From IMG/VR virus record IMGVR_UViG_3300008108_000006: a stretch of 64,000 nt of DNA. The stretch is one strand, 5' to 3'. The translations under genes and the position numbers were made by a program. Each line of letters opens with the position of its first letter. Positions within the stretch are counted from its first letter, which is position 1. The notes below the pieces were generated by a model. That model was not told the origin of the DNA and ran no database searches. It saw nothing but the letters and a program-made list of their open reading frames with translations. Source of the DNA: a virus (Duplodnaviria; Heunggongvirae; Uroviricota; Caudoviricetes). Shown piece by piece: positions 19,824-30,386 of this stretch.

Positions 19824-21122
19824 ATGAGTTTAAACAAATTAATCAACGAAATTACAGAGTATCTAAAGGAAAATAAACCAAGATATTTATACAATCAAAA
19901 TTTCATTCCTAATCAAAGTAGTGTTCTATATTCAGGACCATTTTGGGATGAAAATGAGGTTGTTGCAGCAATAAAATCATTACTTAATAGTAATTGGTTA
20001 GTATCAGGTGAGAATGTTTTCAGGTTTGAAAGAGCTTTTGCTAAAAAATTTGGAGTTAAATTCTCACACATGGTTAATTCAGGAAGTTCTGCAAATTTAA
20101 TTTTAATTACGGCAATAAAAAAATATTTTGGTTGGGAAGATGGTGATGAGATTATAGTATCACCTGTAGGATTTCCTACAACCATTTCACCTATTGTTCA
20201 AAATAATTTAGTCCCTGTATTTGTTGATATTGAATATAATACTTTGAATTTTGATGTAAATTTGATAGAATCAAAAATTACAGAAAGGACAAAGGCTATT
20301 TTTGTTTCTCCAGTATTGGGTAACCCTCCTGATATTGATTTTTTGAAAGAATTATGTGAAAAACACAATCTAAAATTATTAGGTGATAGTTGTGACAGTT
20401 TAGGTACTAAATGGAATGGTGAGGATTTAAGTAAAAATTATGTGGCTTGGACCACGTCTTTTTATCCGGCACACCACATTACTACTGGTGAAGGTGGTAT
20501 GGTTTGTACCAATGACGAAGAACTTAAAAAACTCTTTGTTAGTTTTTCTTGGTGGGGTAGAGCGTGTTATTGTGTGGGGTCGTCCAATCTTCTACCTTGC
20601 GGTACCTGTAAAAACAGATTTTCAAATTGGCTTGAATCATACAACGGTATTATTGATCACAAATATGTTTTCACCAATATGGGGTATAATTTAAAACCTA
20701 TGGATCTCCAAGGTTCAATAGGGTTAATTCAATTAGAAAAATTTGATGAGATTGATCAGAAAAGAAAAAATAGTAAAAATCGAATTGAAGAGATTATTTT
20801 GAAACATGTACATGGTGTTAAAAATGTAAATTCTCTCGATAAGTCCGACACCTGTTGGTTTGGTACTCCATTTATATGTGAAAATAAACAACTAAAAGAT
20901 AAATTAGTTGCGTTTTTAGAAGATAATAAAATACAAACAAGAAATTATTTTGCCGGTAACATTTTATATCATCCAGCATATAAACATTTAGGGAATATTG
21001 AGGACTTTCCTAATTCAAACATGGTTTTAGATAAGGTCTTTTTTTTAGGTGCTGCACCTCACTATAACGAGGATGTTTTTAAGTACATTGATGAAATTTT
21101 TGAAGAAAAATGGAAAAACTAA
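19824..21122 (+). CDS. rfbH: RfbH/DdhC-like CDP-4-keto-6-deoxyglucose 3-dehydrase (DegT family)
   Basis: VNSGSSANL, FPTT, DSCD, SFYPAHHIT (His in place of the PLP Lys), Fe-S Cys cluster GRACYC...C..C, GYNLK. Confidence 0.85.
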   Translation: MSLNKLINEITEYLKENKPRYLYNQNFIPNQSSVLYSGPFWDENEVVAAIKSLLNSNWLVSGENVFRFERAFAKKFGVKFSHMVNSGSSANLILITAIKKYFGWEDGDEIIVSPVGFPTTISPIVQNNLVPVFVDIEYNTLNFDVNLIESKITERTKAIFVSPVLGNPPDIDFLKELCEKHNLKLLGDSCDSLGTKWNGEDLSKNYVAWTTSFYPAHHITTGEGGMVCTNDEELKKLFVSFSWWGRACYCVGSSNLLPCGTCKNRFSNWLESYNGIIDHKYVFTNMGYNLKPMDLQGSIGLIQLEKFDEIDQKRKNSKNRIEEIILKHVHGVKNVNSLDKSDTCWFGTPFICENKQLKDKLVAFLEDNKIQTRNYFAGNILYHPAYKHLGNIEDFPNSNMVLDKVFFLGAAPHYNEDVFKYIDEIFEEKWKN

Positions 21123-22492
21123 AAGTAGTTATTCTTGGTGACGGAATATTAGGTTCTGAAATTACAAAACAAACTGATTGGGATTTTATTTCAAGGAAAA
21201 AAGATAATCTTTCTATTGATGATTTTTCTAGATACATACGATATGATACCAACATAATTGTTAACTGTATAGCAAATACGAATACCTACTCCGACAATCA
21301 TGATTTACATTGGAAAACTAATGTTTTATTTGTTGATAAGTTGATAGATTTTTGTAACCAAAAAAATATAAAATTAGTTCAAATATCTTCAGATTACATT
21401 TACTCTAATTCTGAAAAATTTGCGGATGAAAAATCAGTTCCTTTACACTGTAATAATTGGTACGGATATACTAAATTAGTTTCAGACGCTTTGGTTCAGG
21501 CTCGATCAAATAATTTTTTAATTATAAGATGTACACATAAACCAAATCCATTTCCTTTTGAAAATGCGTGGGATGACCAAATTGGAAATTTTGACTATGT
21601 AAATGTTATTTCTGAAAAAATTATAAGTTTAATCATGAAAAACGCAACCGGTATATTCAATGTAGGTACCGATACTAAAACTATATTTGAATTGGCAGAA
21701 CAAACTAGAGATGTTAAACCGATAAAATCACCCGAGTTTGTTCCGAAAAATACAACTATGAATGTGGAAAAAATGAAAAAATATTTATCAACACCTTTCT
21801 TTTCAATAGCGATACCAACTTATGGATACAACGGAAATGGTCAAAAATTTCTTATAGAAAATTTTGAAAAATTAAAGACTCAAACATACACAGATTTTGA
21901 GGTGGTTATTTCAGATCATAGTATTGATGACACCATTAAAGATATTTGTGATAAATATTCTCAGGAATTAAATATTAGGTATTTCAGAAACGAAATAGGT
22001 CGAGGAATTATATCACCTAACATTAATAATGCCATGAAAAATTGTTTAGGTAAATGGATTAAGATTTTATTCCAAGATGATTTTTTGTATGATAAATTTT
22101 CGTTGGAAAATCAGTTTAAATTTATCGTAAATAATTCTGATATGTATTGGTTTGCTACTAAATTTTTTCATAGTAATGATGGTGTAACCTTTTATAGATT
22201 GTTTCACCCAAAATGGAATGACTTAATATGGACAGGAAATAATACAATTGGGTGTCCGTCGGTTATAACCATTAAAAATGAAGATTTAGAATATTTTGAT
22301 GAAGGTTTAAATTGGTTAATGGATGTAGAATTTTATAAACGAGTTTTTGATAAAAAAGGAGAACCAAAAATATTAGACGAAATAACCGCGGTTAATCGCA
22401 CTTGGGGTGATCGTTTAACTGATACTATCACTGAAGAATTAAAAACTAATGAACACATAATTGTAAATCAAAAATATGCTCAAACTAAATAA
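21110..22492 (+). CDS. RmlD-like reductase fused to a GT2 glycosyltransferase
   Basis: GDGILG, ISSDY, YGYTK, then FSIAIPTY, ISDHS, LFQDD. Confidence 0.75.
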   Translation: MEKLKVVILGDGILGSEITKQTDWDFISRKKDNLSIDDFSRYIRYDTNIIVNCIANTNTYSDNHDLHWKTNVLFVDKLIDFCNQKNIKLVQISSDYIYSNSEKFADEKSVPLHCNNWYGYTKLVSDALVQARSNNFLIIRCTHKPNPFPFENAWDDQIGNFDYVNVISEKIISLIMKNATGIFNVGTDTKTIFELAEQTRDVKPIKSPEFVPKNTTMNVEKMKKYLSTPFFSIAIPTYGYNGNGQKFLIENFEKLKTQTYTDFEVVISDHSIDDTIKDICDKYSQELNIRYFRNEIGRGIISPNINNAMKNCLGKWIKILFQDDFLYDKFSLENQFKFIVNNSDMYWFATKFFHSNDGVTFYRLFHPKWNDLIWTGNNTIGCPSVITIKNEDLEYFDEGLNWLMDVEFYKRVFDKKGEPKILDEITAVNRTWGDRLTDTITEELKTNEHIIVNQKYAQTK

Positions 22493-23135
22493 TATCACAT
22501 TAATTGCTTTAACTAGTGTTAGAATAGATCAAACGGTTAAAGCACTTGAATATAGTTGTAAAGGTATTGAGTTTGGTTCTGTGAAAATAGCGTCAGACAT
22601 TAAACCAAAGTATTTACCATCTTACATTCAACACGAATATACCGAAAAAAGTTCTAATATTGATGAGTGGAATTATAATATAATTTATAATTTACCTAAA
22701 CATATTGATACTGAATTTGCACTTTTAATTCACGATAATGGGTTTGTTGTTAACCCTGAATCTTGGAAAGATGAATTTTTAAATTATGATTATATTGGGG
22801 CTCCTTGGCCATTACCAAATGATGATTTTTCATATAGGGATATAAATGGAAATATTGTACGACAGGGTAATAGCGTATCCTTAAGAAGTAAGAAACTTTT
22901 AGATGTACCAATTAATAAAAATTTAGAGTGGAAACCATTTCACGGTTTCACCAATGAAGATGGTTTTATTTGTGTTAATTATAGACACGAATATTTAGAC
23001 TCCGGTTGTAAATTTGCCGATATTGATGTTGCTAAATATTTTTCACACGAGTCAATGATTCCTGAAATTGTTGGTATTAAACCTTTTGCCTTTCACAACT
23101 ACTTAGGTAGTAATAATCAATATCCTAAATTTTAA
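22476..23135 (+). CDS. DUF5672-like putative glycosyltransferase
   Basis: YDYIGAPW, SLRSKK, NEDGF, FAFH. Confidence 0.7.
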   Translation: MLKLNNITLIALTSVRIDQTVKALEYSCKGIEFGSVKIASDIKPKYLPSYIQHEYTEKSSNIDEWNYNIIYNLPKHIDTEFALLIHDNGFVVNPESWKDEFLNYDYIGAPWPLPNDDFSYRDINGNIVRQGNSVSLRSKKLLDVPINKNLEWKPFHGFTNEDGFICVNYRHEYLDSGCKFADIDVAKYFSHESMIPEIVGIKPFAFHNYLGSNNQYPKF

Positions 23136-23140
23136 TATAA

Positions 23141-23812
23141 ATGTTAAAAGAACTTGTAATAGCCGCATACGATAAAAACTTAGATTGGATAACTGAGGTG
23201 GATCGTAATGTTAAGATTACCATATACCGTAAAGGTGAAATATTACCTTTAAGAGAAAATGAAATTAAAATAACACCTAATAAAGGTAGGTGTGTTCACA
23301 CATTTTTTAACCACATCTATACTAATTATGATAATCTATCTGATTATACATTTTTTGTTCAAGATTTTCCATTTGATCATTGGGGTAACTTATTATACAT
23401 ACTTAATTCAGATGTCAGTGAGATTAGTAGAAACGCATCATTAACAATTGGTGGATATTATGGTTATCATAATAATACTTTAGGTACCGCATGGACTATG
23501 GATCCATCTTACCAGTTTGGTAATGGTTTTGTAATTTCATGTTATTCAAATGGGTTTCCTCAAGATTTAAATCCTAATATTAATGTCGATAAATATTGGA
23601 GGTTATTATTTTCGGATATTCATTCTCCACCACCTATGTATGAGTTTATGCCGGGTGGTCATTTTGTAATAACAAAAGAACAAGTTAGAATGAGATCTAA
23701 AGAATTCTATAAAAAAATAATTGATCTTTTAATTGAGGACGATAATAGTCCTTGGATGTTTGAGAGACTTGAGTGTTATATATTTAATAATAATTTAAAA
23801 ACAAATTTATGA
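23141..23812 (+). CDS. DUF3431-like putative glycosyltransferase
   Basis: LVIAAY...W, PNKGR...HIYTNYDNLSDYTFFVQ..PFDH, FER. Confidence 0.7.
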   Translation: MLKELVIAAYDKNLDWITEVDRNVKITIYRKGEILPLRENEIKITPNKGRCVHTFFNHIYTNYDNLSDYTFFVQDFPFDHWGNLLYILNSDVSEISRNASLTIGGYYGYHNNTLGTAWTMDPSYQFGNGFVISCYSNGFPQDLNPNINVDKYWRLLFSDIHSPPPMYEFMPGGHFVITKEQVRMRSKEFYKKIIDLLIEDDNSPWMFERLECYIFNNNLKTNL

Positions 23813-24606
23813 AAAAAAAAATAGCTTTGGTGACAATGGCAAAAGACGAGGATTTTTATCTACAAGAATGGATTGATTACCACTTAAAATTAGGATTTGA
23901 TGATATTTTCATATATCAAAATAATTGGAGATTTAGAGCCCCATTATTAGATGACCGCGTTCATTTTATGGAGTGGGACGTTGATTCACTAACACCTGTT
24001 GAAGGTATGAGGACTTGGGAATGGAATAGGCATTCTATGTGTTATAGTAATTTTGGTAAGGAATACCATAGTGAGTTTGAATGGGCGGCGTTTTTTGACG
24101 TTGATTGTTTTCTAGTTTTAAAAGAAACTAATAACGTTAAAGAATTTATTTCCAAATATGATAATGTACCACAACAACAAGTTGTTATAAATTTTGCATT
24201 TTTTGGGGATAATGGTTTAACAGAATTTGATGAAAATAATACAAGTGTGTTGGAAAGATTCACAAAACGATGGGAGACACCACATACCGATTCATATTAT
24301 CAATTCTTACCCATATGTAAATTACATGAAAATTTTTGTTGTCATGAAATTCATTTTGTACCCGGTGAGTGGGTCGATGTTGATGGATTTGTTGGTAACG
24401 GTAGATCCGGTGAAAGAAATATTACATTTAATAAAGCACAATTAAACCATTATTATACTAAAACACTTTCAGAGTGGAACTTAAAATTAGAAAAAACAAG
24501 AGCTGAGGGGGATTGGCTTAGAAACTCACAAGAAGGGTTTGTACAACACAACTTTAATGAAGTTGAGGACCTTCACGCATTAAATTTCTTTAAAAAACAA
24601 AATTAA
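23809..24606 (+). CDS. GT2/GT92-like glycosyltransferase
   Basis: KDEDFYLQEWIDYHLKLGFD, FFDVD, LNHYYTK. Confidence 0.7.
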   Translation: MKKKIALVTMAKDEDFYLQEWIDYHLKLGFDDIFIYQNNWRFRAPLLDDRVHFMEWDVDSLTPVEGMRTWEWNRHSMCYSNFGKEYHSEFEWAAFFDVDCFLVLKETNNVKEFISKYDNVPQQQVVINFAFFGDNGLTEFDENNTSVLERFTKRWETPHTDSYYQFLPICKLHENFCCHEIHFVPGEWVDVDGFVGNGRSGERNITFNKAQLNHYYTKTLSEWNLKLEKTRAEGDWLRNSQEGFVQHNFNEVEDLHALNFFKKQN

Positions 24607-24607
24607 T

Positions 24608-25165
24608 ATGAAACCAATACATTTACGAAACGTGCCTCCACCAGGAGAAACATTTGATCACGTAGGGTTTTTTGACTTCTTACTTCAATGGATAAGACCT
24701 GAGAATTATTTAGAACTAGGGGTACGAGAAGGTTCAACATTTAGGACCGTTTCTAAACATTGTACTAAAGCAATAGGTGTTGATATCTCACCATTACCTT
24801 TTCCATTATCAGATAATATGGAATATTACTCAACAACAACCGATGATTTTTTTAATACTTTAGACCCTGAAATTAAATTTGATGTGGTATTTATTGATGC
24901 CGATCACTCTCATGAACAAACTCTTAAAGATTTTTTAAATGTTAAAGATAGAGTAATTGAGGATGGTTTCATATTTTTTCATGATACATATCCTTACGAT
25001 CCTGTTTTTTTTGACAAACACGCTTGTAACGATGCGTATAAAACATCTTTATACATTAAAGAACACTTTATTGATGATTTTGAAATTTTAACACTACCTA
25101 TTAATCCTGGAGTAACTATGGTAAAAAAAATCAAACGGAACAAACAATTAATATATTTAAATTGA
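24608..25165 (+). CDS. Class I SAM methyltransferase (Methyltransf_24-like)
   Basis: LELGV..G, FIDADHS, FFHD. Confidence 0.8.
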   Translation: MKPIHLRNVPPPGETFDHVGFFDFLLQWIRPENYLELGVREGSTFRTVSKHCTKAIGVDISPLPFPLSDNMEYYSTTTDDFFNTLDPEIKFDVVFIDADHSHEQTLKDFLNVKDRVIEDGFIFFHDTYPYDPVFFDKHACNDAYKTSLYIKEHFIDDFEILTLPINPGVTMVKKIKRNKQLIYLN

Positions 25166-25207
25166 ATATTGAAAACAATATAAATTATACCATTAGTTAC
25201 TGACGTT

Positions 25208-26119
25208 ATGGGAAGTATAAGATCATTCATGTTTCATGATATAAGAAATTTAGATAAAACAAATTATCCAAAAAGATATAAGTTAAAATCATTTTTAAAT
25301 GAATTACAATTCAAATATCAAATAGACAAGATACAAAAAAAATATAAAATTATTAGTAGTCTTGAAATAAAAAATTTAGATTTAAAAAACGATACTTCGG
25401 ACTATGCGATTTTAACTTTTGATGATGGGTTATTAGATCACTATGATGTCTATAAATATCTTTATTCTTTGGGTTTGTCAGGCACGTTTTTAGTTCCAAA
25501 AATGCCAATAACTGAAAATAAAATAATGAATACACATAAAATTCAGTTTATATTAGCATCAATAGAAGAAAAAACTATAAAAAATGAGATACTTAGTTAT
25601 TTTGATAATAAAGATGAAATTTGGAAAAAGTATTCGGTATCTATGTGGAAAAATAATTGGTGGTCCGAAGAAATGATTTTTATTACTAATTTTTTGAGAC
25701 AGTACAAAGACGATAATATTGACAATTTTAAACTAACTAACGATCTTTTTAATAAATTTGTGACTGAAGATGAATTTAACTTTTCTAAAAATTTGTATTT
25801 AGATGAAAAAAAAATAGAAGAGATGTCTAATAATGGCATGGTAATCGGAGGACATGGAGATATCTCAGAAAATTTGTTACTTATTGAGGATTATAAAAAA
25901 GAAATTGACGAATCTAAAAAATTTTCATCGAAATATTCTGAAAATTTTATATTTTCATATCCAAATGGAGGATATAATGAAGAAATAAAAAACTATATGA
26001 GTGATGTAAACTGTTCGGTTTCTTTTACTACTGAACAATTTACAATAACTGACTTAGATGAAATCGACTACTTAAGATTTCCAAGATATGACGCACCTCA
26101 AAAAATTGACTTACCATGA
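25208..26119 (+). CDS. Polysaccharide deacetylase (NodB/CE4)
   Basis: LTFDDG, IGGHG, FSYPNG. Confidence 0.75.
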   Translation: MGSIRSFMFHDIRNLDKTNYPKRYKLKSFLNELQFKYQIDKIQKKYKIISSLEIKNLDLKNDTSDYAILTFDDGLLDHYDVYKYLYSLGLSGTFLVPKMPITENKIMNTHKIQFILASIEEKTIKNEILSYFDNKDEIWKKYSVSMWKNNWWSEEMIFITNFLRQYKDDNIDNFKLTNDLFNKFVTEDEFNFSKNLYLDEKKIEEMSNNGMVIGGHGDISENLLLIEDYKKEIDESKKFSSKYSENFIFSYPNGGYNEEIKNYMSDVNCSVSFTTEQFTITDLDEIDYLRFPRYDAPQKIDLP

Positions 26120-26760
26120 AAATAATTTACTATGCGTATAGAGATTGGGCGATTAATATTTTCTCTAAAATTTTAGTAGAGGAAAAATATCTAATTAATT
26201 GCAACAATTATTCAATAATTGACACAATTAAACCGGATTTAGTCTTTTTTATTGGGTGGAGTGAAATTATACCTAATGAGATAATTGAAAACAATACGTG
26301 TATATGTTTACATCCATCTAAATTACCAAAATATAGGGGTGGTAGTCCTATACAACATCAAATAATAAACGGTGAGGTAAAAAGTGCTGTCTCTTTTTTT
26401 ATTATGAACAAAAAAATAGATGGTGGTGATTTACTATACCAACCTAATCTATCATTAGAGGGGAGTCTTAAAAAGATATTTAAAGATATTGAATCAATAG
26501 GTATTGAATATATAAATAAAATAATACTTGACTATAAAAACAAAGAAATTAATATATATACACAGGATGAGTCTGAATCAACTTTTTTTAAAAGAAGAAA
26601 AGAATCTGATAGTGAAATAAAAATAGACGAGATTTTAAATAAAGAACCACTTTATCTATACAATAAAATAAGAGCACTAAATGATCCATATCCAAATGCC
26701 TTTATTAAATGTAAAGATGGAAAAAAATTGTACTTATTGGATACAAAATATGAAAAATGA
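26116..26760 (+). CDS. Fmt-like sugar N-formyltransferase
   Basis: HPSKLPKYRGGSP, DGGD, IRAL..PYP.A. Confidence 0.8.
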   Translation: MKIIYYAYRDWAINIFSKILVEEKYLINCNNYSIIDTIKPDLVFFIGWSEIIPNEIIENNTCICLHPSKLPKYRGGSPIQHQIINGEVKSAVSFFIMNKKIDGGDLLYQPNLSLEGSLKKIFKDIESIGIEYINKIILDYKNKEINIYTQDESESTFFKRRKESDSEIKIDEILNKEPLYLYNKIRALNDPYPNAFIKCKDGKKLYLLDTKYEK

Positions 26761-27679
26761 AAAGGTTTTTATAACGGGTGGTGCCGGATTTTTAGGTAAA
26801 AACATTATTAAACGTTTATATAATGATAATGAAATTACTGTTTATTCTAGAGATGAATCAAAACATTATTATCTGAAAAAGGAATTCCCTAATGTTAATT
26901 TTGTTGTTGGAGATATTCGTAATCGGGACCTTTTATTAAGGAAATCAAAAAACCATAGTGTTGGTATTTTTGCAGCATCACTGAAACAAATTGATTCTTG
27001 TACTGAAAATTATGAAGAAGCGTCAAAGATAATTATTGATGGTGCTATAAATTCCAGAATAATTTCCGAAGAAAATAATTTTAAATCTGCGAGTTTTATA
27101 TCAACAGATAAAAGTAGAGCATCTACAACAATATATGGAGCCATGAAATTTGTTGCCGGTGAATCATTCATTGTTAATGAATCTAATTGTAATCTAACTA
27201 CTGTAATTTATGGTAATGTAACAAACTCAACAGGTTCTATAATTCCTTTAATATGGGAATCTATATCAAAAAACCAAACACTAACACTATATGACCCCAA
27301 TATGACAAGATTTTTATTAGATGTTGATGATGCTATTGATTTGATATTAAAATCACAAAGGTACTCTAATTGTAATGTTATACCGGTCTCAAAATCATTT
27401 AAGATCTTGGATTTATTTGAAATATTTAAAAATGAATTCGGGTTAAATTATGTTTTAGGTATTCCTAGAGTTGGTGAAAAAATACATGAAATTATGGCAT
27501 CTTCTGAAGAAATTAGAAGAATGGAATATGTTGAAAGTGATAACATCTATCTATTACACCCTAAAAAATCAATCGGTAAAGTATCGTTTACTGATTCTGA
27601 ATATTCATCAAAAGATAGTTGTTTAACATACGATGAGCTATATAACCACTTCAGATCTAAAAACTTTTATAAACCATGA
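26750..27679 (+). CDS. UDP-GlcNAc 4,6-dehydratase (PseB/FnlA/CapD-like)
   Basis: ITGGAGFLG, YSRDE, STDK, YGAMK, YGNV..S.GS, MTRF, GEKIHE; ATG at 26750. Confidence 0.8.
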   Translation: MKNEKVFITGGAGFLGKNIIKRLYNDNEITVYSRDESKHYYLKKEFPNVNFVVGDIRNRDLLLRKSKNHSVGIFAASLKQIDSCTENYEEASKIIIDGAINSRIISEENNFKSASFISTDKSRASTTIYGAMKFVAGESFIVNESNCNLTTVIYGNVTNSTGSIIPLIWESISKNQTLTLYDPNMTRFLLDVDDAIDLILKSQRYSNCNVIPVSKSFKILDLFEIFKNEFGLNYVLGIPRVGEKIHEIMASSEEIRRMEYVESDNIYLLHPKKSIGKVSFTDSEYSSKDSCLTYDELYNHFRSKNFYKP

Positions 27680-28479
27680 GAATTATTGTATTAGGTAGTA
27701 CTGGCATGTTAGGGACATATGTGAGAAATTATTTTAATTCAAAATACAAAGTAATAAATATTAGTAGAAAAGATTTTGACTTTAATCAAAATAATGAAAG
27801 TGATGTTATCGACTTTTTAGTCGGATTAGTTGATGAGAGTTCAGTTATAATAAATTGTGCCGGGATTATTAAACAACGAAATTACGAATTAAAGGAATTA
27901 ATAAAAATAAATTCTTTATTACCTAATCTACTTTATGAAGTGAAAAAAATTGTAGGTTGTAAAATAATCCACATTACCACTGATTGTGTTTACGACGGAT
28001 TAAAGGGTGATTATAATGAAAATGATATACATACATGTAATGATGATTATGGGAGATCTAAATCATTAGGAGAAAATAAAAACTTAACAATAATAAGAAC
28101 TTCAATCATTGGTGAAGAATTATTTAATAAACATTCATTAATTGAGTGGGTTAAATCAAATAAAAATGGAACCATTAATGGTTATCTTAATCATTTTTGG
28201 AACGGTGTTACATGTTTAGAACTTTGTGAATTTATTAATCAGATGATTATTAACAACGATTTTTGGGTTGGGATTAAACACATTTTAACAGAAAAATCCA
28301 TTTCTAAATATGAGTTATTAACTTATATTAATGACATATTCAATTTAAATATTAATATAATAAAAACAAATACTGATACCGATTGTTATAGAAATTTATC
28401 AACAGTCTATCCTGATGGTATTATTAAAAAATCACTATACCACCAAATAAAAGAACTATATAATTTTAAAATAAAATAA
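27676..28479 (+). CDS. RmlD-like NDP-4-keto-6-deoxysugar reductase
   Basis: GSTGMLG, TTDCVY, YGRSK..GE, RTSIIG. Confidence 0.8.
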   Translation: MRIIVLGSTGMLGTYVRNYFNSKYKVINISRKDFDFNQNNESDVIDFLVGLVDESSVIINCAGIIKQRNYELKELIKINSLLPNLLYEVKKIVGCKIIHITTDCVYDGLKGDYNENDIHTCNDDYGRSKSLGENKNLTIIRTSIIGEELFNKHSLIEWVKSNKNGTINGYLNHFWNGVTCLELCEFINQMIINNDFWVGIKHILTEKSISKYELLTYINDIFNLNINIIKTNTDTDCYRNLSTVYPDGIIKKSLYHQIKELYNFKIK

Positions 28480-29396
28480 TGATAACAACAAACTTAACAG
28501 GTAATTTAGGTAATCATATGTGGCAATATGCGGTTTGCAGAACTGTTGCTGAAAAATTAGAATATGAGTGGGGAATTAATTCATCACCATCTTATGATTA
28601 CCATAATGGTGCAAATCAAATGTATTTCATGGATGTTGATTTTGGTAAAGATGTTACCGGAACATTTACAGATTTTCATGAAAATTGGGTTACATATAAC
28701 GGTGTTGGGGAAATAGTTAATATAACACCGATGGATCCAAACGTTTGGAATATACTCGATAACACTCGGTTAATAGGTCATAATGGTGCGTTTGGGGGGA
28801 TATATCAATCAGAAAAATACTTTCAGGATAATAGTGAAAAAGTAAAAACTTGGTTTAATATTAAACCAGAATACAGTATAGAATACAATAAAGTATTAAG
28901 TGATCTAAATATTATCTTAGATGATGATACTTGTGTTATAAATTTTAGAGGTGGGGAATATAGGAGTATTAGAAATGTTTTATGCCAACAAAAATATTGG
29001 GCAGACTCAATTTCACATATGAGAACTATCAATCCTAATATGAAATTTATTGTGGTTACTGACGATGTTGAATTCGCCCGAAACTATTTACCAATCAACA
29101 CAACTATTTTACATAGGGATATCGGATTTGATTTTTTTGTCGTTAACCAAGCCAAGTGGTTGATAATATCAAACTCAACATTTGGTTGGTGGGCGGCATG
29201 GTTAAACGATCAATGTAAAAAAATAATCGCACCAAAATATTGGGCATCCCATAATAATAGTGACGGTTATTGGTCTGTAGGTGAAAGTTATACAAAAGGA
29301 TTTGAATATATGGGTAGAGACGGCATGTTATATGATTATAACACCTGTAAAACCGAATCTGAAGAGTATTGTATTACACATAACTTATTATCATAA
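28479..29396 (+). CDS. Second GT11 fucosyltransferase-like protein
   Basis: GNLGNHMWQY, FRGGEY, TDD, ISNSTFGWWAAWL. Confidence 0.8.
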   Translation: MITTNLTGNLGNHMWQYAVCRTVAEKLEYEWGINSSPSYDYHNGANQMYFMDVDFGKDVTGTFTDFHENWVTYNGVGEIVNITPMDPNVWNILDNTRLIGHNGAFGGIYQSEKYFQDNSEKVKTWFNIKPEYSIEYNKVLSDLNIILDDDTCVINFRGGEYRSIRNVLCQQKYWADSISHMRTINPNMKFIVVTDDVEFARNYLPINTTILHRDIGFDFFVVNQAKWLIISNSTFGWWAAWLNDQCKKIIAPKYWASHNNSDGYWSVGESYTKGFEYMGRDGMLYDYNTCKTESEEYCITHNLLS

Positions 29397-29477
29397 GTAT
29401 ATCCGTAAATTAACACTTGTTTTCGTATTTGATTTTTCTTACTATTAACAGTAACGTTAAAATATTGATTAAAAAAT

Positions 29478-30380
29478 ATGAAGATCTATGACAGTTTTTT
29501 ATTCTTTAATGAACTTGATTTATTAGAGATTAGATTAAATATGGTATATCCAATAGTGGACCATATAATTATTAGTGAGTGTGATACCACATTTTCAGGT
29601 TTAAAGAAACCATTTTACTTTGAGGAAAACAAGAAGAATTTTGAACCCTTTTTAGATAAAATAATACATCTAAAACATACAAATGTTGACGATTATAATG
29701 TCGTTGAGGTTAGTTACCCCGGTAAGGATGAACCCATGTTTCATGAGATATTAACACATTATAAACGAAATATCCCTGAGTTTGGTGGTTTACCAAATTG
29801 GCATAGAGATTTCCTACATAGAGAATTGGTTAAAATGGGTATGAAAGATTGTGATGATGAAGATATTATAATTTTTAGCGATTTAGATGAAATACCTAAC
29901 CCTGTTAAAGTTATGGAAATTTTAAACACTATGGACTTAGAAAAGAATTATTGTTTGTTAGGTGATTGTCACAATTTTTATGTTAATAATATTTGTCACA
30001 CAAATTGGTATGGCCCTGTTATTACCAAATTTAAGAATTTGAGAGGTAAATCAATTGGTGAATTCCGATTACAAAGATATAATTTTGAATTGATTGAGGA
30101 TTCTTCTTGGCATTTAAGTTTTGTTGGTGGTCCTGATAGAATTAAAACTAAGATAGTTAGTTGGGGTCATCAGGAATTTAACAATCCTGAGATCATAAAT
30201 GGGGTGACTAATAAATTAGACACCAATAGAGATTTATTTAATAGGACAAATAACACATATAAGGATTCTAAACAAATTTTTTTCTTTGAAAAGATGAAAA
30301 CCATTAATATAAATGGTTATTATCCTGAAGATATTGTTATCTTAATAGAAGATAAATTTCCTTATTTAATTAAAAAATAA
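29478..30380 (+). CDS. GT17 (MGAT3-like beta-1,4-GlcNAc transferase)
   Basis: YDSFLFFNELDLLEIRL, TFSG..KP, SDLDEIP, WHLS. Confidence 0.8.
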   Translation: MKIYDSFLFFNELDLLEIRLNMVYPIVDHIIISECDTTFSGLKKPFYFEENKKNFEPFLDKIIHLKHTNVDDYNVVEVSYPGKDEPMFHEILTHYKRNIPEFGGLPNWHRDFLHRELVKMGMKDCDDEDIIIFSDLDEIPNPVKVMEILNTMDLEKNYCLLGDCHNFYVNNICHTNWYGPVITKFKNLRGKSIGEFRLQRYNFELIEDSSWHLSFVGGPDRIKTKIVSWGHQEFNNPEIINGVTNKLDTNRDLFNRTNNTYKDSKQIFFFEKMKTININGYYPEDIVILIEDKFPYLIKK

Positions 30381-30386
30381 AAAAAT

